From: an uncultured Gammaproteobacteria bacterium
GTDB taxonomy: Bacteria > Patescibacteriota > Patescibacteriia > Magasanikbacterales > UBA922
Direction: 5' to 3'
Assembly (NCBI GenBank): GCA_964473715.1
Contig: CAYYQC010000001.1
Location: 3,953 to 56,612, forward strand
DNA length: 52,660 bases
The position numbers and the translations under genes were made by a program. The notes under the pieces were generated by a model, which was not told the origin of the DNA, made no database searches, and saw only the letters and a program-made list of their open reading frames with translations. Below, one piece after another: positions 26,108 to 36,318 of the stretch; position 1 is the stretch's first letter; every line of letters begins with the position of its first letter.

Positions 26108-27106
26108 TCAAATATGCTTTAAAAACTGCTGTGTATGCTTCATGGGATTTTGATATTTTTCCAAATCTGCATCAACCATTAATTTTACCAATTCTTTAAA
26201 ACCAATTTTTGGCTTCCAACCCAATTCAGCCTGGGCAATGGAGGCATCACCAGACAAATGATGCACATCATTTGGCCGGTACAATTGTTTGTCCACTTGA
26301 ACGTACTTTTTATAATCTAATCCCAAATAACCAAACGCTTCAATGCAAAATTCACGAACAGTATGGCTTTCACCAGTAGCAATCACATAATCTTTTGCTT
26401 CTCGCTGCTGAAGCATAAGCCACATAGCTTCCACATAATCACCAGCAAAACCCCAATCGCGTTTGGCATCCAAATTACCTAGATATATCACATCACTGTA
26501 ACCGAGTTTAATACGAACCGCAGCATCACTGATTTTTTTAGTAACAAAATCCACTCCGCGGAGCGGAGACTCATGATTAAATAAAATACCTGAACAGGCA
26601 AACAAATTATAACCAGTCCTATAACTAGTAGTTACCCAGTGCGCGTACAATTTAGCGGCTGCATATGGGCTATTGGGACAAAACGGAGTTGCTTCACTTT
26701 GTGGCGCAGGCGAGTTACCAAACATTTCTGATGTTGATGCTTGGTAGAACTTAATCTTAGGATTGATCATGCGAACCGCGTCTAAAATTCTAGTAACACC
26801 AAGACCAGTAATCTCTCCAGTGGCCACAGCAGATTCAAATGAAACACCCACAAAACTCTGCGCAGCCAAGTTATAGATTTCATCAGGTTGAGTTTTATCA
26901 ATTACAGACCAAATAGAAGCATGGTCAATGAGATCAATTGGGACCAAAGTGATATCTTTTTTTACATCAAGATATTCCAAACGCCAGAAATTTCGCGTAC
27001 TCGTGCGGCGGTATCCACCAAAAACTTTATACCCTTTTTGCAATAAAAACTGCGCCAAATAAGCGCCATCTTGGCCAGTAACTCCAATAATAAGAGCTCG
27101 TTTCAT
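26108..27106 (-). CDS. gmd: GDP-mannose 4,6-dehydratase
   Basis: GVTGQDGAYLAQFLLQKGY, STSEMFG and YAAAKLY motifs; 332 aa. Confidence 0.92.
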   Translation of the reverse strand: MKRALIIGVTGQDGAYLAQFLLQKGYKVFGGYRRTSTRNFWRLEYLDVKKDITLVPIDLIDHASIWSVIDKTQPDEIYNLAAQSFVGVSFESAVATGEITGLGVTRILDAVRMINPKIKFYQASTSEMFGNSPAPQSEATPFCPNSPYAAAKLYAHWVTTSYRTGYNLFACSGILFNHESPLRGVDFVTKKISDAAVRIKLGYSDVIYLGNLDAKRDWGFAGDYVEAMWLMLQQREAKDYVIATGESHTVREFCIEAFGYLGLDYKKYVQVDKQLYRPNDVHHLSGDASIAQAELGWKPKIGFKELVKLMVDADLEKYQNPMKHTQQFLKHI

Positions 27107-27109
27107 AGA

Positions 27110-27748
27110 TTAATCTTTAGTGACTTCTAGAATTAATGAAAGCCCATGCCAGCCCAAACAGCGTTGAATTTTTGCAACTATTTCCGGAGACATTTTAGTG
27201 AAACGCATAATTCTTCCTAGTCCTGGAAAACAACGAAAATCTTCAGTAATTTTTACTTGAGAAAAACCAGCGTCAAAAGCAGCCATATGCAAACTCTTTG
27301 CCGTAAAGGGATGTAGGTGCGTATAATCATCATAAAATGCGCGCGACAACATGTAAGGACAATTTGGCGTTAAAATTATTGCTTTTCCACCTGGTTTTAA
27401 AATTCTTTTAATCTGCTGCAAAAAATTCAACGCGTCAGGCAAATGCTCAATGACATGCTTAGCATAAATTCCTTCATAATAATTTTCCGCCAATTCCATC
27501 AAGCCCTGCTGTGCATTAATTTTTCTCACTCGAAATCCGCGCTTTTTAGCAATTTCCAAAGAATCATCATCAATATCCACGCCTTCAATAATCTCAGGAT
27601 TTAAGGCAATAAAATTTCCCGTAGCGCAGCCAATATCAAGAATCGAACCCTTTGCGTTCGGAAACCAGCGGTTAAAATACAAACGATCAAACCAGAGCTC
27701 TGTTTCTCCAGTTTTGGCACGATACTCGATTTCAGAAAAATAACTCAT
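27110..27748 (-). CDS. class I SAM-dependent methyltransferase
   Basis: ILDIGCATGNF motif I and LKPGGKAIILTP. Confidence 0.8.
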   Translation of the reverse strand: MSYFSEIEYRAKTGETELWFDRLYFNRWFPNAKGSILDIGCATGNFIALNPEIIEGVDIDDDSLEIAKKRGFRVRKINAQQGLMELAENYYEGIYAKHVIEHLPDALNFLQQIKRILKPGGKAIILTPNCPYMLSRAFYDDYTHLHPFTAKSLHMAAFDAGFSQVKITEDFRCFPGLGRIMRFTKMSPEIVAKIQRCLGWHGLSLILEVTKD

Positions 27749-27750
27749 AA

Positions 27751-28866
27751 CTAAGATTTTTTGTCCTTAAGATAGTTTTGAATTTCAAGGCAAATAAATT
27801 CAATCTCACTATCTTTCAAATTAGGACTGCTGGGTAAACTAATACCATGACGCGCAATAGACATAGCCACTGGAAACTCCTGCCCCACAGACAAATGCGC
27901 ATATGGTTTTTGCGCATGCATTGGGGTAAAGAATGGGCGGGTTTCAATCCCTTTTTCTGCCAAATGCAAAGCTAAATTCTTGGACTCTTCTGACAAAAGT
28001 ATGCTCACAAACCAGCACGCTGAGCGCGATACATTTGAGTCAAAAGCCGGAAAAGTCACGGGTGCTGAACTGAGCAATGAACGATACAAAGCCTCATGCT
28101 CACGCCGAATTTTTAAAAATTCTTCGATACGCTCAAACTGCGCACATCCCACTGCCGCCTGCAAGTTTGTTAGACGGTAATTATACCCTGCCATTTCATA
28201 CTCGTAAACACCAGGGGTAGGCATACCATGGTTTTTCAAAACCCGCATAGCCTCGTGCCATTCTGGATTATTGGTCAGGCACATACCACCTTCGCCAGTG
28301 GTAATAATTTTATTTCCGTAAAAAGAAAAGCAGCTAATGTCACCAAAACTTCCCACTCGCCTACCTTTATACTCAGCACCGTGAGACTCAGCCGCATCTT
28401 CAATCAAATATATGCCTTTTTCTTTACACCATGATTCAATCACCTCATAGTCGCAAGGAAGTCCATAAATATCCACGGCAATAATGGCTTTGGTTTTTGA
28501 AGTATACGCAGCCTCAAGTTTGCTACAATCCAAATTCCAATCATTTTGATTTGAATCAATAAATACCGGTGTTGCGCCCACATGCAACACAGTTGCAGCT
28601 GTGGCCGCAAAAGTAAAAGTAGGCACAATCACTTCATCGCCTGGACCAATCTTTAAAGCACGTAAAGCTAATTCCAGAGCCACTGTGCCATTTGAACAAC
28701 TGAGCGCAAATTCACGCTGAAAATAATCTCGACCATATTTTTCAAATTGATCAAGATATTTTCCTGAGGAAGAAATACGATTCTCATTTATAATTGCGTC
28801 AACAACATATTCAGCCTCACGACCAGTTAATGTGGGTTCAGCCACTGGAATTCGCCATTTATTCAT
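27751..28866 (-). CDS. DegT/DnrJ/EryC1/StrS-family PLP sugar aminotransferase (GDP-perosamine synthase-like)
   Basis: 371 aa. The PLP-lysine context SFYGNKIITTGEGGM is present. It lies two genes from gmd. Confidence 0.88.
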   Translation of the reverse strand: MNKWRIPVAEPTLTGREAEYVVDAIINENRISSSGKYLDQFEKYGRDYFQREFALSCSNGTVALELALRALKIGPGDEVIVPTFTFAATAATVLHVGATPVFIDSNQNDWNLDCSKLEAAYTSKTKAIIAVDIYGLPCDYEVIESWCKEKGIYLIEDAAESHGAEYKGRRVGSFGDISCFSFYGNKIITTGEGGMCLTNNPEWHEAMRVLKNHGMPTPGVYEYEMAGYNYRLTNLQAAVGCAQFERIEEFLKIRREHEALYRSLLSSAPVTFPAFDSNVSRSACWFVSILLSEESKNLALHLAEKGIETRPFFTPMHAQKPYAHLSVGQEFPVAMSIARHGISLPSSPNLKDSEIEFICLEIQNYLKDKKS

Positions 28867-28869
28867 AGG

Positions 28870-30141
28870 TTAAGCAATAATTTCTTGGAACAAATCGTAA
28901 AGCTGACGCGCGGTCTTATTAATGTCAAAGAGATTACGACTTTTATTAATATTTTGCTGTCTAATTTCCTGCAAGCGCTCCGCTGGCAATTCCATAATTT
29001 TTTCCACTGCTTGCGCGAGTGCGGCCCGATCACCGGTTGGCACCAAAAAACCATTTACTTGATCTTCAATGGCTTCACTAATGCCGCCTGTGTTGTAGGC
29101 CGCCACAGGCAAACCAACGGCCATAGCCTCTTTCATCGCCATACCCATGCATTCACGCGGAGTAATTGATGGGAAACAAAAAGCATCAGCGCCAGAGTAC
29201 AAACGTGCCAATGCATCTTCAGTCAAACCTTGAAAAATGAACAGTGAATCTGAAGGAAAACCTAATTCAATGGCGGTTTGGCGTAATGTGTCCACTGGCC
29301 CCATACCACACAGCACTACTGCCAAATTTTTCATTTTTTCTGGAGGCAATTGTAGGATCGATTCAAACAACTGGTCATGGCCTTTGCGCATTTTCAATGC
29401 ACCTACAGCCATGACAATAAATTTATCTTTTGGTAAATTAAATTCTTCGCGAGACAATGAGCGTTCAGTGGCGCTATTAAAAATTGAAAAATTAATTCCA
29501 CTGTAAACCACAGCAATTTTGGCATTTTCAGCGGCATACAAACGTGGTCCGCGCGCACAGTAATCGCTGGCGGCTACCACACAATCAACACCATTTACCA
29601 ATGTTTTCCAAAGCCTGTGATATCGCTCAGAAATATTATTATTTTCCGCATCTGCCTTAAATTGAATTTCAGCATAGTTTTCCATTACTACTGGAATATT
29701 TTGTTTTTTGGCAACCATTAACGCCGAGAGGCTCTGCAAACTTCCGGTTTCAGTCACCATTATATCTGGCCGATTTTTTTGGCACACCGTGTTCAAATGC
29801 ACTCCACGAGCCGCAGAGTACATGGCTAGGTCTAATAATTTCCAATCACGACTGAGCGCAATCTGCTTGTACAAAATCTTAGTAAAAAGGGCGGGGTTAA
29901 TAAAAAATTGACGAAATAAAAATACGGTTTTATCCAATACATTTGGGGCTGAAGCAAAATCCGCTACGTAGGTAGCGTTGGCACCCAAGTCCTGTTCTTT
30001 GGTGTGACGATGATGAAGATGTATAGTTACTTCAGCGCCCAAAGCACGCCATTCTACCGCGTGAAGCAAGCAGCGCTTAATAATACCACCATATGGTGGC
30101 GGCAAGCTTTCACCATTATCTCCGGTAACAATAATTTTCAT
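28870..30141 (-). CDS. GT4-family glycosyltransferase
   Basis: RECMGMAMKEAMAVGLPV E-x7-E region; 423 aa. Confidence 0.83.
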   Translation of the reverse strand: MKIIVTGDNGESLPPPYGGIIKRCLLHAVEWRALGAEVTIHLHHRHTKEQDLGANATYVADFASAPNVLDKTVFLFRQFFINPALFTKILYKQIALSRDWKLLDLAMYSAARGVHLNTVCQKNRPDIMVTETGSLQSLSALMVAKKQNIPVVMENYAEIQFKADAENNNISERYHRLWKTLVNGVDCVVAASDYCARGPRLYAAENAKIAVVYSGINFSIFNSATERSLSREEFNLPKDKFIVMAVGALKMRKGHDQLFESILQLPPEKMKNLAVVLCGMGPVDTLRQTAIELGFPSDSLFIFQGLTEDALARLYSGADAFCFPSITPRECMGMAMKEAMAVGLPVAAYNTGGISEAIEDQVNGFLVPTGDRAALAQAVEKIMELPAERLQEIRQQNINKSRNLFDINKTARQLYDLFQEIIA

Positions 30142-30146
30142 AATAA

Positions 30147-31823
30147 TTAATTTAAAAGATTCTTATTTCCTTTTACGCAATCAAAAATGTACCCTTTAAT
30201 CAATCCTGACTGAACTTCTGAAACCTGATCACAACTCTGTAAATAGTCCCAATAATTAGAGCTTTTGTCAATCTCAGGGAAATCCACCACTAAATAATAT
30301 CCGGAATATTCTTTCATTTTGTTAACCGTACTTTCGGCAAAAATAGGGTGCGTATAAAAGCGTTTAAAATATTGGCCAGAGCGGCCTAATTCATATCCAG
30401 CGATGTCATTGTAAGTAATGACTTCATTAATTGATGGATTGGAGGTAAGTTGTGTAGTAAGTTTACGGGCAACTTTGTCTGGCGAACCGTACAACACTCC
30501 TGTGGCTGCCTCAACGTTCATGACAAAACAGTATACAGTTATGAGACTGATAAGTGCGACTTTTATTAAATCTGAAACGCGACGCTTACATAAAAAAACA
30601 ACTGCAATCAAGCTAAGCAACCAAACCGCACCAATAAAAAGCGCTGATAAATAAAAACCAATTGGGCCAGAACCACTAGAAAATGGAATCAAAAAATCAA
30701 AGTGAAATGATTTTACAGCAGCTACATAGGCTTCTTTAGGAACCAATGGTAATATCCTTGTTGGAATCATGAGTATTAAAGTAGTAACCAAAGCCACGCC
30801 TGCGCCTGTCATGATTGAAGCCCGTGAACGTTTTAGATCAAAAAGCCATTCACCAATCACATCTGCACCAATAATCACCATTGGCAAAGTCAAAATCATT
30901 AAATACCGATCCAAAGTGCGATTACTAAAATCAAATAAAACTAAATAAAAAATAATTCCTGACAAAGCATAGATAGACCAAAACGCGTATTTTCTTAAAT
31001 TTTTAAAAGCTGCCCAAATTACCAACAATAGTATTGGTGATAAAAGCATGGTGGCTTTGGCCGAAAGAAAAACTACTTGTGCGTAATTACGCGCGCCTAA
31101 ATTTAAAAAAGAAAATGACTTAGCGTAATTTACTATTCGACCAAGTTCCAAACCAGGATATAACCAAGCTAAAAATCCTGCAATTATTAATCCACCACCA
31201 ACCACTGCCGCGAGTAAAAGACTAATTTTCTTTATTTGCGTAACTTTAAAGCGAATAACACCTTTATTAAAAGCTTCGTAAAGCAAACTTGGACCAATTA
31301 AAATAAAACTAATTTTAGATAAAAAGCCTCCAGCCAAAGCCCCAATCACAGCAGCACCATTTTTTACATTTGCCTGTCCCAAATATTTCCGCCAGCAAAA
31401 AACAGTTAATAAAACAAAAAATGGTAAAATCGCGCCATCAATATCAATTTGAATGGAGGCCATCACGGCATATGGAATAATAGCGTATAAAAATGTGGCC
31501 ACAAGAGCAGCTTTTTTTCCAAATTCATTACTAACCACTTTGTACAAAAGCCACAAAATAGCCAAAGAGAAAATAAATGGCACAATGCGCAAATGCAAAT
31601 ACCCAAATACTTGGCCAAAATAATGATAGGTTACTTCAGCCAATGGTGGGTGCGGAATTTGACCCATTTGATTAAAATATGGATCAACAATTTGCGCCCA
31701 TTTATATTCATCCTGGTGATACATGTTTCCCAAAAGTGGCAACCGAAAAACACAAAATAGAGCCACAATAAAAATCACCGCCCCATATTTTTGCCAAAAA
31801 TTTTCCACTGGCCACCATTTCAT
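30147..31823 (-). CDS. GT-C fold membrane glycosyltransferase (ArnT/PMT, GT39/GT83-like)
   Basis: 558 aa with more than 10 TM helices, a first-loop acidic motif YHQDEYKW, and a soluble C-terminal domain. Confidence 0.7.
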   Translation of the reverse strand: MKWWPVENFWQKYGAVIFIVALFCVFRLPLLGNMYHQDEYKWAQIVDPYFNQMGQIPHPPLAEVTYHYFGQVFGYLHLRIVPFIFSLAILWLLYKVVSNEFGKKAALVATFLYAIIPYAVMASIQIDIDGAILPFFVLLTVFCWRKYLGQANVKNGAAVIGALAGGFLSKISFILIGPSLLYEAFNKGVIRFKVTQIKKISLLLAAVVGGGLIIAGFLAWLYPGLELGRIVNYAKSFSFLNLGARNYAQVVFLSAKATMLLSPILLLVIWAAFKNLRKYAFWSIYALSGIIFYLVLFDFSNRTLDRYLMILTLPMVIIGADVIGEWLFDLKRSRASIMTGAGVALVTTLILMIPTRILPLVPKEAYVAAVKSFHFDFLIPFSSGSGPIGFYLSALFIGAVWLLSLIAVVFLCKRRVSDLIKVALISLITVYCFVMNVEAATGVLYGSPDKVARKLTTQLTSNPSINEVITYNDIAGYELGRSGQYFKRFYTHPIFAESTVNKMKEYSGYYLVVDFPEIDKSSNYWDYLQSCDQVSEVQSGLIKGYIFDCVKGNKNLLN

Positions 31824-31824
31824 A

Positions 31825-32502
31825 TTATTTTTTGGTTGCCACTACCAACATTTGCCCAGCCAAAGGACGCCATGGTAAACGCAAATACAATCGAATCACC
31901 CAAGCAGGCACTGGCAAAGAAGTGGCAGACATGGAATATGGAGTAAAACGTGGCTCACAGTGCGTAATTTCAAAACCATTGGCGCGCAAAAGTTGCGCCA
32001 AACTGGTGTCAGTAAAAATTTGCACATGCGTATAATCATCAAAATACCGTTTATACGCAAATCTAAAATTAGGTTGCACAATAATTAATTGTCCACCATT
32101 TTTTAAAACACGTTTAATTTCTTGAAGTGAAGTTAAAAATTCTTCACGCGTTAAATGTTCAAATAAATTACTAGAGAGTACCGCATCAAATTCCCCTACC
32201 CCAGCAAAACTAAGGTTAGTAACCAAACCTTTGTGTGCTACTACACCAGGCTCAGCATATTCGGCCACAACCTCAGACTGATCTTGTGCCACACGTTTAT
32301 CGGCTTTGACAGCATTAATGAAAGTGCAATATCCTGCACCCACTTCCAAAACTGCGGTTTTGTTATGTAAAAATCTTTGTAAATATCTAACAATTTCCTG
32401 CCACACAACAACACGCCGCGGATCTGGCGGTAAACGCACTTCAAAATACTGACTGTATTCAGATTTTAACTCTGTGTTTTTTTTGTTTTCCACACGAACC
32501 AT
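31825..32502 (-). CDS. class I SAM-dependent methyltransferase
   Basis: VLEVGAGYCTF motif I and LKNGGQLIIVQP. Confidence 0.8.
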   Translation of the reverse strand: MVRVENKKNTELKSEYSQYFEVRLPPDPRRVVVWQEIVRYLQRFLHNKTAVLEVGAGYCTFINAVKADKRVAQDQSEVVAEYAEPGVVAHKGLVTNLSFAGVGEFDAVLSSNLFEHLTREEFLTSLQEIKRVLKNGGQLIIVQPNFRFAYKRYFDDYTHVQIFTDTSLAQLLRANGFEITHCEPRFTPYSMSATSLPVPAWVIRLYLRLPWRPLAGQMLVVATKK

Positions 32503-33191
32503 TCTTGAATAATAAAGCGAATCATTCGAAAACCGAGTTTAGCAGCCTTATCAAGTTTACCAGTAATTTTTGATTCCCCAATTCGCTCACCATAATGCAC
32601 GGGAATTTCTACCATAGGAATTCCAGCTGACAAAACACGAATCATAAATTCTGGAGAAAAATGTGACCCAGCCACAGTAAATTTGTCTTGAATTTTCAAA
32701 AGTGCGTCACGGTGAATGAGTTTAAAAGTACAACCAACATCAGTTAAGGTAGTTCCGCGGAATAAACAACCAAGTAATTTGGCTACCACTATATTTCCCA
32801 TGCGGAGTAACCAACCCATGTTAGCACCGGCGCCCACCAATGACCGTGCCGTTCGCGTACCAATTACCACAGGAAAATCTAAAGAATAGATTAGTAATTT
32901 TTCCAAATCGCGCGCAGAAAAAGTACCATCTGGCTCCACAGTTACTATCAAATCGCCAGTCGCCTCGCGCATACCACGCTGCAAAGCCGCGCCATATCCT
33001 TGGCGAGTTTCAAATACATAAGTAGCTTTCGAGGCTTTAATTTCTGTACTACTCCCATCTTTGGAATTATTATCTACAGCCACAATTTCATCTACCAAGC
33101 CGGTGGCAAAAAATTCCTCAATCGCTTTACGAATATTTTTTTCTTCATTATAAACCGGAAAAACCACGCTCACTTTTTTTCCCTGATACAT
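32466..33191 (-). CDS. GT2 glycosyltransferase (Dpm1/GtrB/ArnC-like polyprenol-phosphate sugar synthase)
   Basis: FPVYNEEKNI, VAVDNNSKDGS and VEPDGT (DxD-equivalent) motifs; 241 aa. Confidence 0.83.
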   Translation of the reverse strand: MYQGKKVSVVFPVYNEEKNIRKAIEEFFATGLVDEIVAVDNNSKDGSSTEIKASKATYVFETRQGYGAALQRGMREATGDLIVTVEPDGTFSARDLEKLLIYSLDFPVVIGTRTARSLVGAGANMGWLLRMGNIVVAKLLGCLFRGTTLTDVGCTFKLIHRDALLKIQDKFTVAGSHFSPEFMIRVLSAGIPMVEIPVHYGERIGESKITGKLDKAAKLGFRMIRFIIQEWFVWKTKKTQS

Positions 33192-33211
33192 ACCATTACC
33201 GCAATTTATGT

Positions 33212-34225
33212 TTAGAATAGCCGATCACGCCACGTGCGCGGTGTTTTATCATTAATAATTTCTAAATCTAAATGATAGGTAAATGGTTTAGTACCACGTT
33301 CTTTAATATAATCAATAACTGATTGTAATCCGCCACGCAAATCAGTACTAGTATGATAATTGAGCAAGCGACGGGCTTTGTCAGCACTACAACTAGCCAA
33401 TTTCACTTCACGCGGACGATCTGGAACGTAAATTGGGTCTAATTTGAAATTCAATAATTCTGCAATTGTTACCGCCAATTGATTAATGGTAATAAATTCT
33501 TCATCAGGACCAATGTTAATGGTTTCACCAATTACGTTATCTTGAAAACCAAGCTTAACCAAAGAATCTACATCATCTTTTACAAATGAAAAGCAGCGTT
33601 TTTGCTCACCATCGCCATAAATAATTGGTTGGCGACCTTGAAGCATCATATTAATCATGATTGCGGCTACATTGCGGAATGGATCATCGTATTTTTGACG
33701 TGGTCCAATAATATTATGTGGCACGGCAATCGCATACTCGATACCATGCGTTTCACACAAATTTTTTACGGTTAATTCAGCCGCATATTTTGCAATTCCA
33801 TATGGATCTTGCGGCATTGGCACCATGTCTTCGGTAAATGGCAACGTTGGCTGCGTACCATACCGCGCCATACTAGAACAAAACACAAAACGTTTCACTT
33901 TATTTTCCGCAGCCGCACTTAATACTGATAAAGTAATACCGTACGTATTACTGGTAATTAAATAAGGAGAAAAAACACTGAGCCCTTCATGAGCAGTAGC
34001 AGCACAGTGATACACAATATCCACACCTTTCATAAGACGTGCCATGGCGGCACGATCAGCACAATCAGATTGATAAAATTCAGTGCCTGCAGGAACATTA
34101 TCTTGATAACCACCAATAAAGCTATCACAACCAATTACCCGATGTCCGGCCGCAATTAAATTTTCAGCTAAATGGCTTCCTAAAAAGCCAGCTACTCCAG
34201 TAATAAAAATAGTTTTTCGTTCCAT
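33212..34225 (-). CDS. NAD-dependent nucleotide-sugar epimerase/dehydratase (SDR)
   Basis: [12 protein letters not shown] Rossmann motif and YGIAKYAAE (YxxxK). Confidence 0.85.
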   Translation of the reverse strand: MERKTIFITGVAGFLGSHLAENLIAAGHRVIGCDSFIGGYQDNVPAGTEFYQSDCADRAAMARLMKGVDIVYHCAATAHEGLSVFSPYLITSNTYGITLSVLSAAAENKVKRFVFCSSMARYGTQPTLPFTEDMVPMPQDPYGIAKYAAELTVKNLCETHGIEYAIAVPHNIIGPRQKYDDPFRNVAAIMINMMLQGRQPIIYGDGEQKRCFSFVKDDVDSLVKLGFQDNVIGETINIGPDEEFITINQLAVTIAELLNFKLDPIYVPDRPREVKLASCSADKARRLLNYHTSTDLRGGLQSVIDYIKERGTKPFTYHLDLEIINDKTPRTWRDRLF

Positions 34226-34280
34226 ATCATTTTAAAATCTGCCCCTATTGTACGGTATTTTTTAAATAAAAGCAACCTTC

Positions 34281-35330
34281 TTAAGCTTGTAAATTTTGGC
34301 TAATTTGAGCCATTAATTTACTTAGACTTTGATCTTTTTCCACCCAATTCCGCAGTTCATTTCGAATTCTCCCCCTCTCCTCATCCCCAAGCGCAACTAG
34401 AGTGAGGACCTGCGCAGTCAATGCATGCGAATCATTTTCCTTAAAAATTACCTGCTTGTAAATATCGTCTGGTAACCACTGTTTAAATGAAGTATTTACC
34501 ATAATTGGCAAACAACCACTGGCCATTGCCTCCACAATGGTTTTGTCCAAAGACCCAGAATTAGTGGCATTTATATACAAATCATGAGACTGAAAATATT
34601 TCTTAGTTTCCTCATGAGCACAATCGCCTACAAATTGGACCAGATGATTAGTCAATAAATCTGCAAACTGTTCTTTTAATTCATTAAAATAAACCTGATC
34701 ATCAGATGTAATTGGGCTACCAACCACCGTGCAAACAAATGACACATCTTTCAATTCTCGTAAACCTGTAAAAATAATATGAAGGTTTTTTACACGCGAA
34801 ATTCTGCCTAAAATTAAAATTTTCAATGGTCCGCTCAAATTAGTGCGCTGCGAGATTTGAAAAAAATCCGTATCAATTCCTGCCGCGCATATACTAGTTT
34901 TTTTATATTGCGCAGTAAAAGAATTTGGTGAAGTACATAATACTTTATTTGCCAAGCAAACAGCCGCACGAGTCAAAATATTTCCCTTAGCATGATTGCG
35001 CCATAATATAATTTTCTTTCCCCATGCGCGCCACAATATTCCTGCCAAAATCATATACTCCTCATTCATGTGCACAAGCACCGCGCCATAATTGCATTTT
35101 TCTCGCCAAATTAAAGTAAAAAAATTCTTAAGATATGTAAATTTGCTCACACCTTTTTCTTTACCCAAAGAAAAAACTTGTACATTATTTGGCAGAGAAT
35201 ACGTGCCGACCTCCAAACAAATTACCGTGACTTTTTCAAACTGACTCGATAAACCCTTAATCCATTCATGAAAAAAACCCAACACCGGATTATGCGTATC
35301 AACACTTTGGGTAATAATTAAAATGCGCAT
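34281..35330 (-). CDS. GT4-like glycosyltransferase
   Basis: 349-aa GT-B layout with C-terminal GSLDKTIVEAMASGCLPIM. Confidence 0.72.
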   Translation of the reverse strand: MRILIITQSVDTHNPVLGFFHEWIKGLSSQFEKVTVICLEVGTYSLPNNVQVFSLGKEKGVSKFTYLKNFFTLIWREKCNYGAVLVHMNEEYMILAGILWRAWGKKIILWRNHAKGNILTRAAVCLANKVLCTSPNSFTAQYKKTSICAAGIDTDFFQISQRTNLSGPLKILILGRISRVKNLHIIFTGLRELKDVSFVCTVVGSPITSDDQVYFNELKEQFADLLTNHLVQFVGDCAHEETKKYFQSHDLYINATNSGSLDKTIVEAMASGCLPIMVNTSFKQWLPDDIYKQVIFKENDSHALTAQVLTLVALGDEERGRIRNELRNWVEKDQSLSKLMAQISQNLQA

Positions 35331-35331
35331 A

Positions 35332-36318
35332 TTACAAGGTGCGTTTACTTTGATTTTCTAAAGCTCTTTCCCAATCACTTGGACGCGAAACTGGAATCAC
35401 GGTAACCAAAGGCCCGTTTAATTCATAGCCAGCCACACCTACATCATTCATAATTACAGGACAACCGAGAGCCACGGCTTCCATTGGTACTAAACCATAT
35501 CCTTCAGACAAACTTGGAAACAATAGACAATCTGCAGTTTTTAATACTACAAAAGGTTCTTTGGTCCATGGCCAAAAAGTAATTTCATCTTCCAAGTGTA
35601 ATTTTTTTGCCAAAGATTCCAAATGTTTTTTCTCTTCACCTTCGCCCACAATTAATAAATGCCAATCTTTTTGTGGCAAAGCGGCTAGACGTTTTATTAA
35701 CCAGGCAATATTTTTTACTGTATGCAATCGTCCGAGTACTAAAAAAATTCTTTTATCCGAATATTTTTTACGTAATTCCAAATCAGGCTGAATATTTTCT
35801 GGAATTTCCAAAACCACAGGTCTTACCACAATTTTATCTTCAGAAATCCCTAGGCGTAATACGCTTTGTTTAATTCGCTCGCCTACCACCCGAACAGAAT
35901 CAGCTCTTGGCAAAACAAAGCGCGCCAACCAATAATAAATCCAATTTTTCAAACCACTATGACGATAATATTCGGTACTAAAAAAATCACCGAGCAATTG
36001 AATCTCAAGTATAGTTTCTTTCTTTTTACTGAGCAGACCCACTAAACCCAACAAAAAAGGGTCTTGAGTGGTAATGAGGTCGTAAGAATTTTTCTTTTGC
36101 AAATCTTTCGATATTCGCATTAATCTAAAAAACTGTTGCCACTTACTTCCGCCAGTACCAAAAACCCGCACTGATTCAGAAAGTGAAACTTCCTTATTTT
36201 GAGTAGCCGGAATAATAATATCCAGCTCTGATTGCATGCCAAATTCAACCATCCGCGCAGCCACACGTGAGCCTGGGTCCAGAATATGATTGTCCAAACT
36301 CAGCATTAACGTACGCAT
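35332..36318 (-). CDS. GT4-family glycosyltransferase
   Basis: SEGYGLVPMEAVALGCPVI E-x7-E motif. Confidence 0.8.
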   Translation of the reverse strand: MRTLMLSLDNHILDPGSRVAARMVEFGMQSELDIIIPATQNKEVSLSESVRVFGTGGSKWQQFFRLMRISKDLQKKNSYDLITTQDPFLLGLVGLLSKKKETILEIQLLGDFFSTEYYRHSGLKNWIYYWLARFVLPRADSVRVVGERIKQSVLRLGISEDKIVVRPVVLEIPENIQPDLELRKKYSDKRIFLVLGRLHTVKNIAWLIKRLAALPQKDWHLLIVGEGEEKKHLESLAKKLHLEDEITFWPWTKEPFVVLKTADCLLFPSLSEGYGLVPMEAVALGCPVIMNDVGVAGYELNGPLVTVIPVSRPSDWERALENQSKRTL

